Shown here in pieces: positions 46,804-54,774 of a DNA stretch of 64,000 nucleotides. Within the stretch, counting starts at the first letter, position 1. The number at the start of each line of letters is the position of its first letter. The notes beneath the pieces are model-generated. The model had not been told where the DNA came from. It saw only the letters and a list, made by a program, of their open reading frames with translations, and did not search any database. The stretch is from contig DASTYK010000149.1 in NCBI GenBank assembly GCA_035764935.1, positions 36,944 through 100,943 on the forward strand. Direction: 5' to 3'. The position numbers and the translations under genes are program-made. The DNA comes from Longimicrobiales bacterium. GTDB lineage: Bacteria > Gemmatimonadota > Gemmatimonadetes > Longimicrobiales > RSA9.

Positions 46804-47687
46804 GCGCTTGCGCGATCCTCCGGGCGGCCGTTCTGTGCCGGCGCAGGCTGTGCCAGCATGTGACGAAGCAGCTGGGCGGTGGTCGACTTGAGCTCGCGCC
46901 GGTCCACGATCGCGTCCACCATCCCGTGCTGAAGCAGGAACTCCGAACGCTGGAAACCGTCCGGCAGCTCCTGCTTGATCGTCTGCTCGATCACCCGCGG
47001 CCCCGCAAACCCGATGAGCGCACCCGGCTCGGCCAGGATGGCATCGCCGAGCATCGCGTACGACGCCGTGACGCCCCCGGTGGTCGGGTTGGTCAGGATC
47101 GATACGAACGGGATCCCTTCCTCGTGCAGCTGCGCCAGCATTACCGACGTCTTGGCCATCCGCATCAGCGAGAGGATGCCTTCCATCATGCGCGCACCGC
47201 CGGATGCGCTCAGGACGATCAGTGGCATACGCTGCTCGAGCGCCAGGTGGCCCAGCCGGGTGATCTTCTCGCCGACCACCGACCCCATGCTGCCGCCGAT
47301 GAACTCGAAGTCCATGACGGCGATCGCGACACGGATCCCCTCCATCGTGCCTGTCGCCGTGCGCACCGCATCGCCCGGCCCATGCCGGCGCTCCGCGGTC
47401 TCCAGCCGCTGCGGGTACGGCTTCAGGTCGACGAAATCGAGGGGATCGTCGCTGCGCAGCTCCAGGAAGTGCTCCTCGTAGTCCTCGTCATCGAACAGCG
47501 CTCGCAGGTAGCCCTCCGCGTCCAGCCGCTGATGATGCCCGCATTCCGGGCAGACGAACAGGTTCTGCTCCATCCGCGCGCGGTACACGATGGCGCCGCA
47601 CGAAGGACACTTGTCGAACACGTCCGAGGGCAGGTCGCGCCGGTCCTCCGCGCGCAGCTTCTGCTTCGGTTTCTTGAACCAGGACAC
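46800..47687 (-). CDS. accD: Acetyl-CoA carboxylase carboxyltransferase subunit beta
   Basis: 295 aa with a GTG start directly abutting the rodA stop. Zinc ribbon CPSCGAIVYRARMEQNLFVCPECGHH and the carboxyltransferase core GGSMGSVVGEK...SASGGARMMEG. Confidence 0.95.
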   Translation of the reverse strand: MSWFKKPKQKLRAEDRRDLPSDVFDKCPSCGAIVYRARMEQNLFVCPECGHHQRLDAEGYLRALFDDEDYEEHFLELRSDDPLDFVDLKPYPQRLETAERRHGPGDAVRTATGTMEGIRVAIAVMDFEFIGGSMGSVVGEKITRLGHLALEQRMPLIVLSASGGARMMEGILSLMRMAKTSVMLAQLHEEGIPFVSILTNPTTGGVTASYAMLGDAILAEPGALIGFAGPRVIEQTIKQELPDGFQRSEFLLQHGMVDAIVDRRELKSTTAQLLRHMLAQPAPAQNGRPEDRASA

Positions 47688-48932
47688 TCAGTACCGACCT
47701 TGTTCCATGGCGACGCGCTGCGAGATGCCGAGCGCCAGGTACGTCGCCAGCAGGAATGAGCCGCCGTAGCTCAGGAACGGCAGCGGAATTCCGGTGATGG
47801 GCATGACGCCAAGGGTCATCCCTACGTTGACGAGCACGTGCGTGAACCACGCGCCCAGGATACCGATCACCACGATGCCCGAGAACGGGTCCGTCAGCCG
47901 CTCCGCCAGGCGCGCCAGGCGCCAGAGGATGAAGCCGAAGGCCAGGATCACGAGAACGCCGCCGATGAAGCCCAGCTCCTCGCCGATCACCGCGTAGATG
48001 AAGTCGGTGTGCTGCTCCGGAAGGAATGCGAGCCGCTTCTGCGAACCCTCCGTGAAGCCCTTGCCGAAGATACCGCCGCTGCCGATCGCCACGCGTGACT
48101 GGATGACGTGATACCCCGAGCCGCGCGGGTCGATGGACGGGTCGAGGAACACCAGCAGCCGGTTCTTCTGGTACTGCTCGAGCGAGTTCCAGAGTGGCAC
48201 GGCAATCGTGCCCGCGGCCAGGTTCGCACCCACGACCGCGACCCCTTCCCACAGCTCCATGCGGTAGAAGTAGACGAACGCGATCAGCGCGATCATGTAC
48301 ACGCTGAAGATCCAGCCCGCGAACGCGAGGAACAGCGCGACCATGGGGCTGATGAGAAGGAACAGCAGTGCGGGCGATGTGCCGGCCCAGTACAGCGTCG
48401 CGAGCAGGACTCCGCCGAACACCATGGCCGTGCCGAGGTCGGGCTGCGCGAGCACGAGCAGCATCGGCACCGCGACGATCGCGATCGGCTTCCAGAGCCT
48501 CACCAGCGAGTCGGGCCGCTCCCGCCACGCGCCCATCACGCGTCCCAGCATCAGAACGGTCGCGACGTTCGCGAACTGCGCGGGCTGCACCATCATCGGG
48601 CCGATACGGAGCCAGCTCTTGGTGCCGGACGCAGTGCCCTGCCCCGTCCCGATGGCAAGGGTGGCGATCAGCACGAGCAGCATCAGGAAGTATGCGGGCG
48701 CTGCCAGCCACTCGAGCCAGCGCACGGGCACGCGCATCACCACGAACAGCGCGACCAGCGAGATTCCGAGCCACGTGAGCTGCGCGCGCCACAGCCCCGC
48801 CAGACCGCGGTCGGGGACGTCGAGCTGGCCGGCGGAGTAGATCATGGCCACGCCGAGCAGCGACATCGACAGCACCGCGAACACCAGTGCGGGGTCGCCG
48901 AACAGCGATCGGATCCGTTCCCTCAGACCCAT
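47688..48932 (-). CDS. rodA: SEDS-family peptidoglycan polymerase RodA (FtsW/RodA/SpoVE family)
   Basis: 414 aa with about 10 TM segments. QPAQFANVATVL, DPRGSGYHVIQSRVAIGSGGIFGKG and LPEQHTDFIYAVIGEELGFIG motifs. Called RodA from its position after mreBCD. Confidence 0.9.
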   Translation of the reverse strand: MGLRERIRSLFGDPALVFAVLSMSLLGVAMIYSAGQLDVPDRGLAGLWRAQLTWLGISLVALFVVMRVPVRWLEWLAAPAYFLMLLVLIATLAIGTGQGTASGTKSWLRIGPMMVQPAQFANVATVLMLGRVMGAWRERPDSLVRLWKPIAIVAVPMLLVLAQPDLGTAMVFGGVLLATLYWAGTSPALLFLLISPMVALFLAFAGWIFSVYMIALIAFVYFYRMELWEGVAVVGANLAAGTIAVPLWNSLEQYQKNRLLVFLDPSIDPRGSGYHVIQSRVAIGSGGIFGKGFTEGSQKRLAFLPEQHTDFIYAVIGEELGFIGGVLVILAFGFILWRLARLAERLTDPFSGIVVIGILGAWFTHVLVNVGMTLGVMPITGIPLPFLSYGGSFLLATYLALGISQRVAMEQGRY

Positions 48933-48948
48933 CTGCCTCTACCTCCGC

Positions 48949-49416
48949 TCAGCGCTCGCCCGAGATGGTGCGGTACACACCGAGCGCAATGAGACCGGCC
49001 ACCATCGCGTACAGCGCAGCGATCGGTGTGGCGGTCAACAGCACTCCGCTCTCGGCTTCCGTGAGCACGACGTGGATCGCGTCACGCAGCACCTTGCCGA
49101 GGAACAGGTACACCGCGACGAACAGCAGGCTGTCGCCCTCGAAGAGGTCGCGTGAACGGGCGCCGAGCACGGCAATCAGCGAGAACGCAACAGCGCTCGC
49201 CCCGAACGCGACCAGCGCAAGTGAATCCTCGAGCACGCCGAGCAGCAGTCCCAGCAGCGCCGCGGTGGTCGCGCGCATGCGACGCGCAGCGAGCAGCACG
49301 GCGATCGTCATCAGGTCCGGCGCGCTTTCGCCTATCCCCAGGCCGACATGCAGCACGAGGTGGACGAGGACGAGGACTGCGACGAAGATCGAAAAGCCGT
49401 ATTTCGATCGGGCCAT
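48949..49416 (-). CDS. mreD: Rod shape-determining protein MreD
   Basis: 155 aa, multi-pass hydrophobic. Its start overlaps the mreC stop by 1 nt. Position and size are typical of MreD. Confidence 0.75.
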   Translation of the reverse strand: MARSKYGFSIFVAVLVLVHLVLHVGLGIGESAPDLMTIAVLLAARRMRATTAALLGLLLGVLEDSLALVAFGASAVAFSLIAVLGARSRDLFEGDSLLFVAVYLFLGKVLRDAIHVVLTEAESGVLLTATPIAALYAMVAGLIALGVYRTISGER

Positions 49417-50333
49417 CAGTTCCCGTCCTCATCGGTGTCGGGGCGCGGCAGTGGCGGCATCGAGTCGGCGCCCAGCGGATCAGGTGCGGCGGAGACGTGC
49501 CACAAGGCAGACAGGTCCGCTTCACGTCCCCCACGTCCCACGCCAACCAGCACCTGTGCGACCGCCTCCGGCCGCACTGCCGGGCGCAGCAGGTAGCTCT
49601 TCCGCCACCCGGTGTCGGCTTCCTCGATGCCCAGCACGGTGCCGACCACGATACCGCGCGGGAACACACCGCCACGGCCCGACGAGACGATGCGTCGGCC
49701 GGGCGGGATGTCCACGTGGAACGGTGCGCCGGTCAGGGCGAGCAGCGCCTCCTCCGTATACTTCCCGGGCCGCGGCTCCACGATCCCGTATGCAAGCCCG
49801 TCGGCCGTCATCGCGCTCACGCGGAACTCGGGGTGCGTCCAGTCGATGGCCTGCGACTGGTGCTCGTCGACGGACCAGACGACGCCGAGCAGCCCGTCCG
49901 GCGTGAGGACGGGACTGCCGACGCGCACGCCCTCGGCACTGCCGACGTTCAGCATGAATGTGCTCTCGGCCGTCGCCATGCCGACGCGCAGCACGTCGGC
50001 GGGGATGAACGCATCGCCGGCCCGCTCCTGCAGTGCGAGCAGTGAGCGAAGCCGGCGGTTCTCCTCGGCGAGCGAAGCCTGCGCAGTCACGAGCGCGGCG
50101 AGAGAGTCGCGCTGCGCGCGGATCGCACCGACATCGACCGTACGGCCGCGTCGCTGCGCGATGCGCTCCTGAAACGCGAGAAAGGGCCGCAGCACCGTGG
50201 CCCGCAGCCCCTCGCGCACCGGCGACTGGTACTCCGTCGGCAGTGCGTACACGATCAGCGCGAGCACGACGACGCCGATGGCAAGCAGCCCCTGGCGACG
50301 TCGCTCTCTGCGCGTTCCGTCAAAGTCGAGCAC
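49416..50333 (-). CDS. mreC: Rod shape-determining protein MreC
   Basis: 305 aa with a GTG start abutting the mreB stop. N-terminal TM, coiled coil (LAEENRRLRSLL), beta-barrel motifs GSPVLTPDGLLGVV and GGVFPRGIVVGTV, and a Pro/Asp-rich tail. Confidence 0.85.
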   Translation of the reverse strand: MLDFDGTRRERRRQGLLAIGVVVLALIVYALPTEYQSPVREGLRATVLRPFLAFQERIAQRRGRTVDVGAIRAQRDSLAALVTAQASLAEENRRLRSLLALQERAGDAFIPADVLRVGMATAESTFMLNVGSAEGVRVGSPVLTPDGLLGVVWSVDEHQSQAIDWTHPEFRVSAMTADGLAYGIVEPRPGKYTEEALLALTGAPFHVDIPPGRRIVSSGRGGVFPRGIVVGTVLGIEEADTGWRKSYLLRPAVRPEAVAQVLVGVGRGGREADLSALWHVSAAPDPLGADSMPPLPRPDTDEDGN

Positions 50334-51374
50334 TCAGGTCGTCAATACGCTTCGGAACCGTTCGAACTCGTCGAGGATGCGCCCTGTCCCGCGCACCACG
50401 CACGTCAACGGCTCCTCGTCCACGTGAATCGGCAGGTTCGTCTCGTGGGCGAGGAGCTGATCCAGACCCCGGATCAGCGCGCCGCCCCCGGTCATTACGA
50501 TGCCGCGGTCAACAATGTCCGACGCAAGCTCCGGGGGCGTGATCTCGAGCGCGCGCCGGCATGCGTCCACGATCTGCTGGATCGGCTCCTGGATGCACTC
50601 GCGGATCTCCTGCGAGTGCACACGCACGGTCTTCGGAATGCCGCTCACCAGGTCGCGTCCCTTCACTTCCATCTCCCGCTCGTCTCCGGCATTGAACGCA
50701 GAGCCGATCTGGATCTTGATCGCCTCTGCCGTCGGCTCGCCGATCAGCAGGTTGTAGTTCTTGCGCAGGAAGCTGACGATCGCATTGTCGATCTCGTCGC
50801 CACCCACGCGGATCGAGGTGTCGCTCACAATGCCGCTGAGCGCGATCACCGCGATCTCCGTCGTACCGCCGCCGATGTCGATCACCATGTTGCCCGTCGG
50901 CGTATCGACCGGGAGCCCCACACCGATCGCCGCCGCCATCGGCTCGGCGACCATGTAGACCTCCTTGGCGCCCGCCGCCGCGGCACTCGAGCGCACGGCC
51001 CGCCGCTCGAGCTCCGTGATCCCGGACGGCACGCCCACGATCACCCGGGGCTTCATCCGGAAGATCCGCTTGTTGGTCACCGCCTTCAGGAAGTGACGCA
51101 GCATGATCTCCGTGATGTCCACGTCGGCGATGACCCCGTCCTTCAAAGGTCGTACCGCCATGATTCCCTCGGGCGTGCGGCCCAGCATCCGCTTCGCCTC
51201 GAGGCCGATCCCCTTGATCCGGTTGGTGCCGCGCTCGACCGCCACGACCGAGGGCTCGTTCAGCACGATCCCCTCGCCCTTGACGTAGACGAGCGTGTTC
51301 GCGGTCCCCAGGTCCACCGCGATGTCGTTGACGGGCAGCAGCCGGCCCGTGCTCAGAATGCCCCGAAGCGCCAT
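50334..51374 (-). CDS. mreB: Rod shape-determining actin homologue MreB
   Basis: I prefer the ATG at 51374 (MALRGILSTGRLLPVNDIAVDLGTANTLVYVKGEG). IDIGGGTTEIAVI and VMTGGGALIRGLD motifs. Confidence 0.95.
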   Translation of the reverse strand: MALRGILSTGRLLPVNDIAVDLGTANTLVYVKGEGIVLNEPSVVAVERGTNRIKGIGLEAKRMLGRTPEGIMAVRPLKDGVIADVDITEIMLRHFLKAVTNKRIFRMKPRVIVGVPSGITELERRAVRSSAAAAGAKEVYMVAEPMAAAIGVGLPVDTPTGNMVIDIGGGTTEIAVIALSGIVSDTSIRVGGDEIDNAIVSFLRKNYNLLIGEPTAEAIKIQIGSAFNAGDEREMEVKGRDLVSGIPKTVRVHSQEIRECIQEPIQQIVDACRRALEITPPELASDIVDRGIVMTGGGALIRGLDQLLAHETNLPIHVDEEPLTCVVRGTGRILDEFERFRSVLTT

Positions 51375-51613
51375 ACCCCTCGCCCGGCCGGGTTCATCCC
51401 GGCCATAAGTCCATGTCCCGTCGGGAGAAACAGGCGTGTACCACGCCTGCGGGGAGCAGAGTGCGGAAGTTAGGGCCAGCCCCCCGCAGCGGCAAGCAGA
51501 AACGCGGGGAAAATCGCGGTCCAACGCGATGTCGCGCGGCTGGCAAGATGATCGTGGGCGGGCCCGCCGGCTCGCCTGCCGGATCCATCATCACCCGTGC
51601 GTGCTGCAGCCGA

Positions 51614-52066
51614 TCAGTGCCGGCCGGTGCTGCCGAAGCCACCGCTGCCGCGGCCGGTCGCCGGGAGCTCCGCGGCCAGCTCCCAGTCGATGCGGATGAC
51701 CCGCGCGATCAGCATCTGCGCGATGCGCTCGCCGTGCGCGATCTCCTGCGGCTCGCTGTCGAAGTTGATGAGGGGGATCCGGATCTCGCCGCGGTAGTCG
51801 CTGTCGATGGTGCAGGGTGTGTTGATGATGCTGATGCCGCGCTTGAGAGCAAGGCCCGAACGCGGCCGGATCTGTGCTTCCGTTCCTTCCGGCAGCGCAA
51901 TCGCGAGCCCGGTCGGCACCAGGTGCCGGCCGAGCGGCGGCAGCACGATCGTTTCGCCGGCATTGCGCAGATCGACCGCGGCACTGCCGTCCGTGCCGTA
52001 CTCGGGCAACGTCCAGTCGATCGGATAGTTCGGCAGGCGCTGCACGCGTACAGGCATGGCTTCCAC
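51614..52066 (-). CDS. dut: dUTP diphosphatase
   Basis: GSAAVDLR, IRPRSGLALKRGI, GTIDSDYRGEI-like (CTIDSDYRGEI) and the C-terminal GRGSGGFGSTG motif. The start is either GTG 52066 or ATG 52057. Confidence 0.9.
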   Translation of the reverse strand: MEAMPVRVQRLPNYPIDWTLPEYGTDGSAAVDLRNAGETIVLPPLGRHLVPTGLAIALPEGTEAQIRPRSGLALKRGISIINTPCTIDSDYRGEIRIPLINFDSEPQEIAHGERIAQMLIARVIRIDWELAAELPATGRGSGGFGSTGRH

Positions 52067-52109
52067 GGATCGGCTCCCTCCTCGAGGGCGCCGCGTACCA
52101 GGCAGTGCC

Positions 52110-52259
52110 CTAGGTCAGCTGTTCGTTGTTCATGCGCAGCTCGGCGCGCAGGCGCGGATGCGCGCGCCACAGGTAATAGATCATCGCGCCTCCCGCCAGT
52201 CCGCTCGCGGCGAGCACCGCTGCGGGTGTCAGGGAGTTCCTGAGCAGCGGTAGCGACAA
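52110..52259 (-). CDS. Possible unannotated small membrane protein (~49 aa)
   Basis: My own translation, below the track's size cutoff: (L)SLPLLRNSLTPAAVLAASGLAGGAMIYYLWRAHPRLRAELRMNNEQLT-stop. It has one hydrophobic segment and a TTG/CTG start. It sits between the ald terminator hairpin and dut on the same strand. Speculative. Confidence 0.25.
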   Translation of the reverse strand: MSLPLLRNSLTPAAVLAASGLAGGAMIYYLWRAHPRLRAELRMNNEQLT

Positions 52260-52337
52260 GAGATCCAGCCCACGCTACACACCACGCGCCCCGGACACCA
52301 TCAGCGAAATCCGGACAGACACGTAGGCAGATGTGAC

Positions 52338-52370
52338 GACGGCGGCGCCCCCGATGGGAACGCCGCCGTC
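52338..52370 (-). terminator. Hairpin GACGGCGGCG-N13-CGCCGCCGTC downstream of ald
   Basis: Perfect 10-bp stem, about 26 nt after the ald stop (52396). Confidence 0.45.
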
Positions 52371-52395
52371 CGGTCCACCGCGCTCGCGCGCGAGC

Positions 52396-53514
52396 CTACA
52401 GCACGCTTTCCAGCGACGTGTGCGGCATGTCGAACGCCTCGGCCACGCCCGCATACGTGATCTTGCCGCTGACGACGTTCACGCCGAGCGCGAGTGAGCG
52501 ATCGGCGCGCACCGCCGGCCGCCAGCCCTGGCCCGCGATGCTCAGCGCGTACGGCAGCGTCGCGTTGGTCAGTGCCATGGTCGACGTACGCGGCACCGCA
52601 CCCGGCATGTTCGCCACGCCGTAGTGCACGATGCCGTCGACCTCATAGATCGGGTTCTCGTGGGTGGTCGGCTTGATCGTCTCGATGCAGCCGCCCTGGT
52701 CCACGGCCACGTCGACGACGACCGCGCCCTTCGGCATGATCGCGAGGTCCTCGCGCGTGACCAGGCGCGGGGCCTTCTTGCCCGGCACCAGCACCGCACC
52801 GATCACGAGATCGCTCTTGGCGAGGTGCTCGAGCAGGTTGCCGCGATTCGAGTAGAGCGGCGTCACGTTCTTCGGCATCACGTCGGCGAGGTAGCGCAGC
52901 CGTGGCAGCGACACGTCCATGATGGTGACACGCGCACCGAGGCCGGCCGCCATCTTCGCCGCGTTCGTGCCGACGATGCCGCCGCCGATCACCAGCACGT
53001 TCGCCGGCTCCACGCCAGGCACGCCGCCCAGCAGCATGCCGCGGCCGCCAAAGAACTTCTCCAGGTACTTCGCGCCCTCCTGCACCGACATCCGCCCCGC
53101 GACCTCGCTCATCGGTGTGAGCAGCGGCAGCTCGCCCGACGGCAGCTGCACGGTCTCGTAGGCAATCCCGATCGCGCCCGAATCGACGGTCGCGCGCGTG
53201 AGCTCCTCGGATGCGGCGAAATGGAAGTAGGTGAAGATGATCTGGTCCTTCCGCATGTGCGCGTACTCGGACGCGATCGGCTCCTTCACCTTCATGATCA
53301 TGTCGGCCTGCTTCCAGACGTCGGCTGCGCTGTCGACGATCTGCGCACCCGCCTCCTGGTAGGCAACGTTCTCGAAGCCGCTGCCCTCGCCGGCGTCCTT
53401 CTCGATCAGCACCGTATGCCCTGCATCCACGAACGCCTGCGCGCCGCCCGGCACGAGTGCGATGCGGTTTTCGTTGGTCTTTATTTCCTTCGGTACGCCG
53501 ATGATCATGATCAT
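52396..53514 (-). CDS. ald: Alanine dehydrogenase
   Basis: 372 aa. MIMIIGVPKEIKTNENRIALVPGG, Rossmann motif VIGGGIVGTNAA, HYGVANMPGAVPRTST. Confidence 0.95.
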   Translation of the reverse strand: MIMIIGVPKEIKTNENRIALVPGGAQAFVDAGHTVLIEKDAGEGSGFENVAYQEAGAQIVDSAADVWKQADMIMKVKEPIASEYAHMRKDQIIFTYFHFAASEELTRATVDSGAIGIAYETVQLPSGELPLLTPMSEVAGRMSVQEGAKYLEKFFGGRGMLLGGVPGVEPANVLVIGGGIVGTNAAKMAAGLGARVTIMDVSLPRLRYLADVMPKNVTPLYSNRGNLLEHLAKSDLVIGAVLVPGKKAPRLVTREDLAIMPKGAVVVDVAVDQGGCIETIKPTTHENPIYEVDGIVHYGVANMPGAVPRTSTMALTNATLPYALSIAGQGWRPAVRADRSLALGVNVVSGKITYAGVAEAFDMPHTSLESVL

Positions 53515-53529
53515 TGCCTCCGGCTGGAT

Positions 53530-54774
53530 TCAGTTCCGCGAACCGGCAGGTCCCAGCCGCAACACGACCTGCCTGTCCGGATCGTAGTATGTGGCCGCAA
53601 GCGCAGCCACATCATCCTGCGTGACGGCGTCGACGAGCGCCAGCACCTCCTCGACCGAACGGAACGGCTCGTCGTACAACTCGGTGCCGGCCAGCCGCGA
53701 AAGGCGGGCGCCGCTCGACTCCATCGAGAGCACGACCTGCCCGCGTACCTGGCCCTTCGCGTCCTCCAGCTCCTCGGCGGTGAGCCCCTCCCGCGCCAGC
53801 TTCGCCATCTCCTCCCGGATCACGGCCTCGGCCCGCTGCGCCCACTCCGGCCTTGTCCCGACATAGATCGAGCTGACGCCGGCGTCGCGATAGAAGGACT
53901 GCAGCGCGTACACGGCGTAGGCCAGGCCCAGCTCCTCCCGCACTCGCTGGAACAGGCGTGAGCTCATGCCGCCGCCGAACGCGTTGGACAGCAGCACCAG
54001 CCCGATCCGCCGCGGGTCCTGGTGCCCGAACGTGCGCGTGCCGATCACGATGTGCGACTGCGCCCCGGGACGCTCCACGTGACGCTCCGCGCTGCGCTCC
54101 GCCGCGGGAGCGCGGCCGTTGCGCTGCACGCTGCCGGCCGGCACCGATGCCAGGAACCGCCCGACCTGCTCCACGATGTGCTCGTGGGAAACACTGCCGA
54201 CCGCCGCAACCACGATGTTGCCGCGGTGATACGAATTGCGGTGAAGGCGGCGAAGCGTTTCGTCGGTGAAGCCGCTTACCGTTTCGCGCGTGCCGAGAAT
54301 GCTGTAGCCGTAGGGATGGTCCCCCCAGAGCTGCTCCGCATGGAGATCGAAGATCAGGTCGTCGGGAGTGTCTTCGACGGTCGCGATCTCCTCGAGGACG
54401 ACTTCGCGCTCCAGCTCGAGGTCCTCGCGGCGCAGCAGGGGTGAAACGACGAGGTCGGCGAGAACATCGAGCGCGAGCTCGGTGTTCTCGTCCAGCACCT
54501 TCGCCTGGTAGCAGGTGTGTTCACGGGTCGTGTATGCGTCGAGCGAGCCGCCGACCCGCTCGAGCACCAGCGCCAGGTCGCGCGCACTGCGGCGCGCGGT
54601 GCCCTTGAACACCATGTGCTCGAGCATGTGGCTCGCGCCCATCAGCTCGGGCGTCTCGTGCACCGAGCCGGCACGTACCCAGATGCCGATCGATGCCGAG
54701 CGCAGGCCCGGCATCGATTCGGTGAGTACGACGAGCCCGTCGCCAACGTCGGTGCGGGCGTAGCGATCCGTCAC
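53530..54774 (-). CDS. M16-family (pitrilysin/insulinase-like) zinc peptidase
   Basis: 414 aa with a GTG start overlapping the pnp stop. Inverted zincin motif HMLEHMVFKGT (HxxEH). Confidence 0.85.
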   Translation of the reverse strand: MTDRYARTDVGDGLVVLTESMPGLRSASIGIWVRAGSVHETPELMGASHMLEHMVFKGTARRSARDLALVLERVGGSLDAYTTREHTCYQAKVLDENTELALDVLADLVVSPLLRREDLELEREVVLEEIATVEDTPDDLIFDLHAEQLWGDHPYGYSILGTRETVSGFTDETLRRLHRNSYHRGNIVVAAVGSVSHEHIVEQVGRFLASVPAGSVQRNGRAPAAERSAERHVERPGAQSHIVIGTRTFGHQDPRRIGLVLLSNAFGGGMSSRLFQRVREELGLAYAVYALQSFYRDAGVSSIYVGTRPEWAQRAEAVIREEMAKLAREGLTAEELEDAKGQVRGQVVLSMESSGARLSRLAGTELYDEPFRSVEEVLALVDAVTQDDVAALAATYYDPDRQVVLRLGPAGSRN

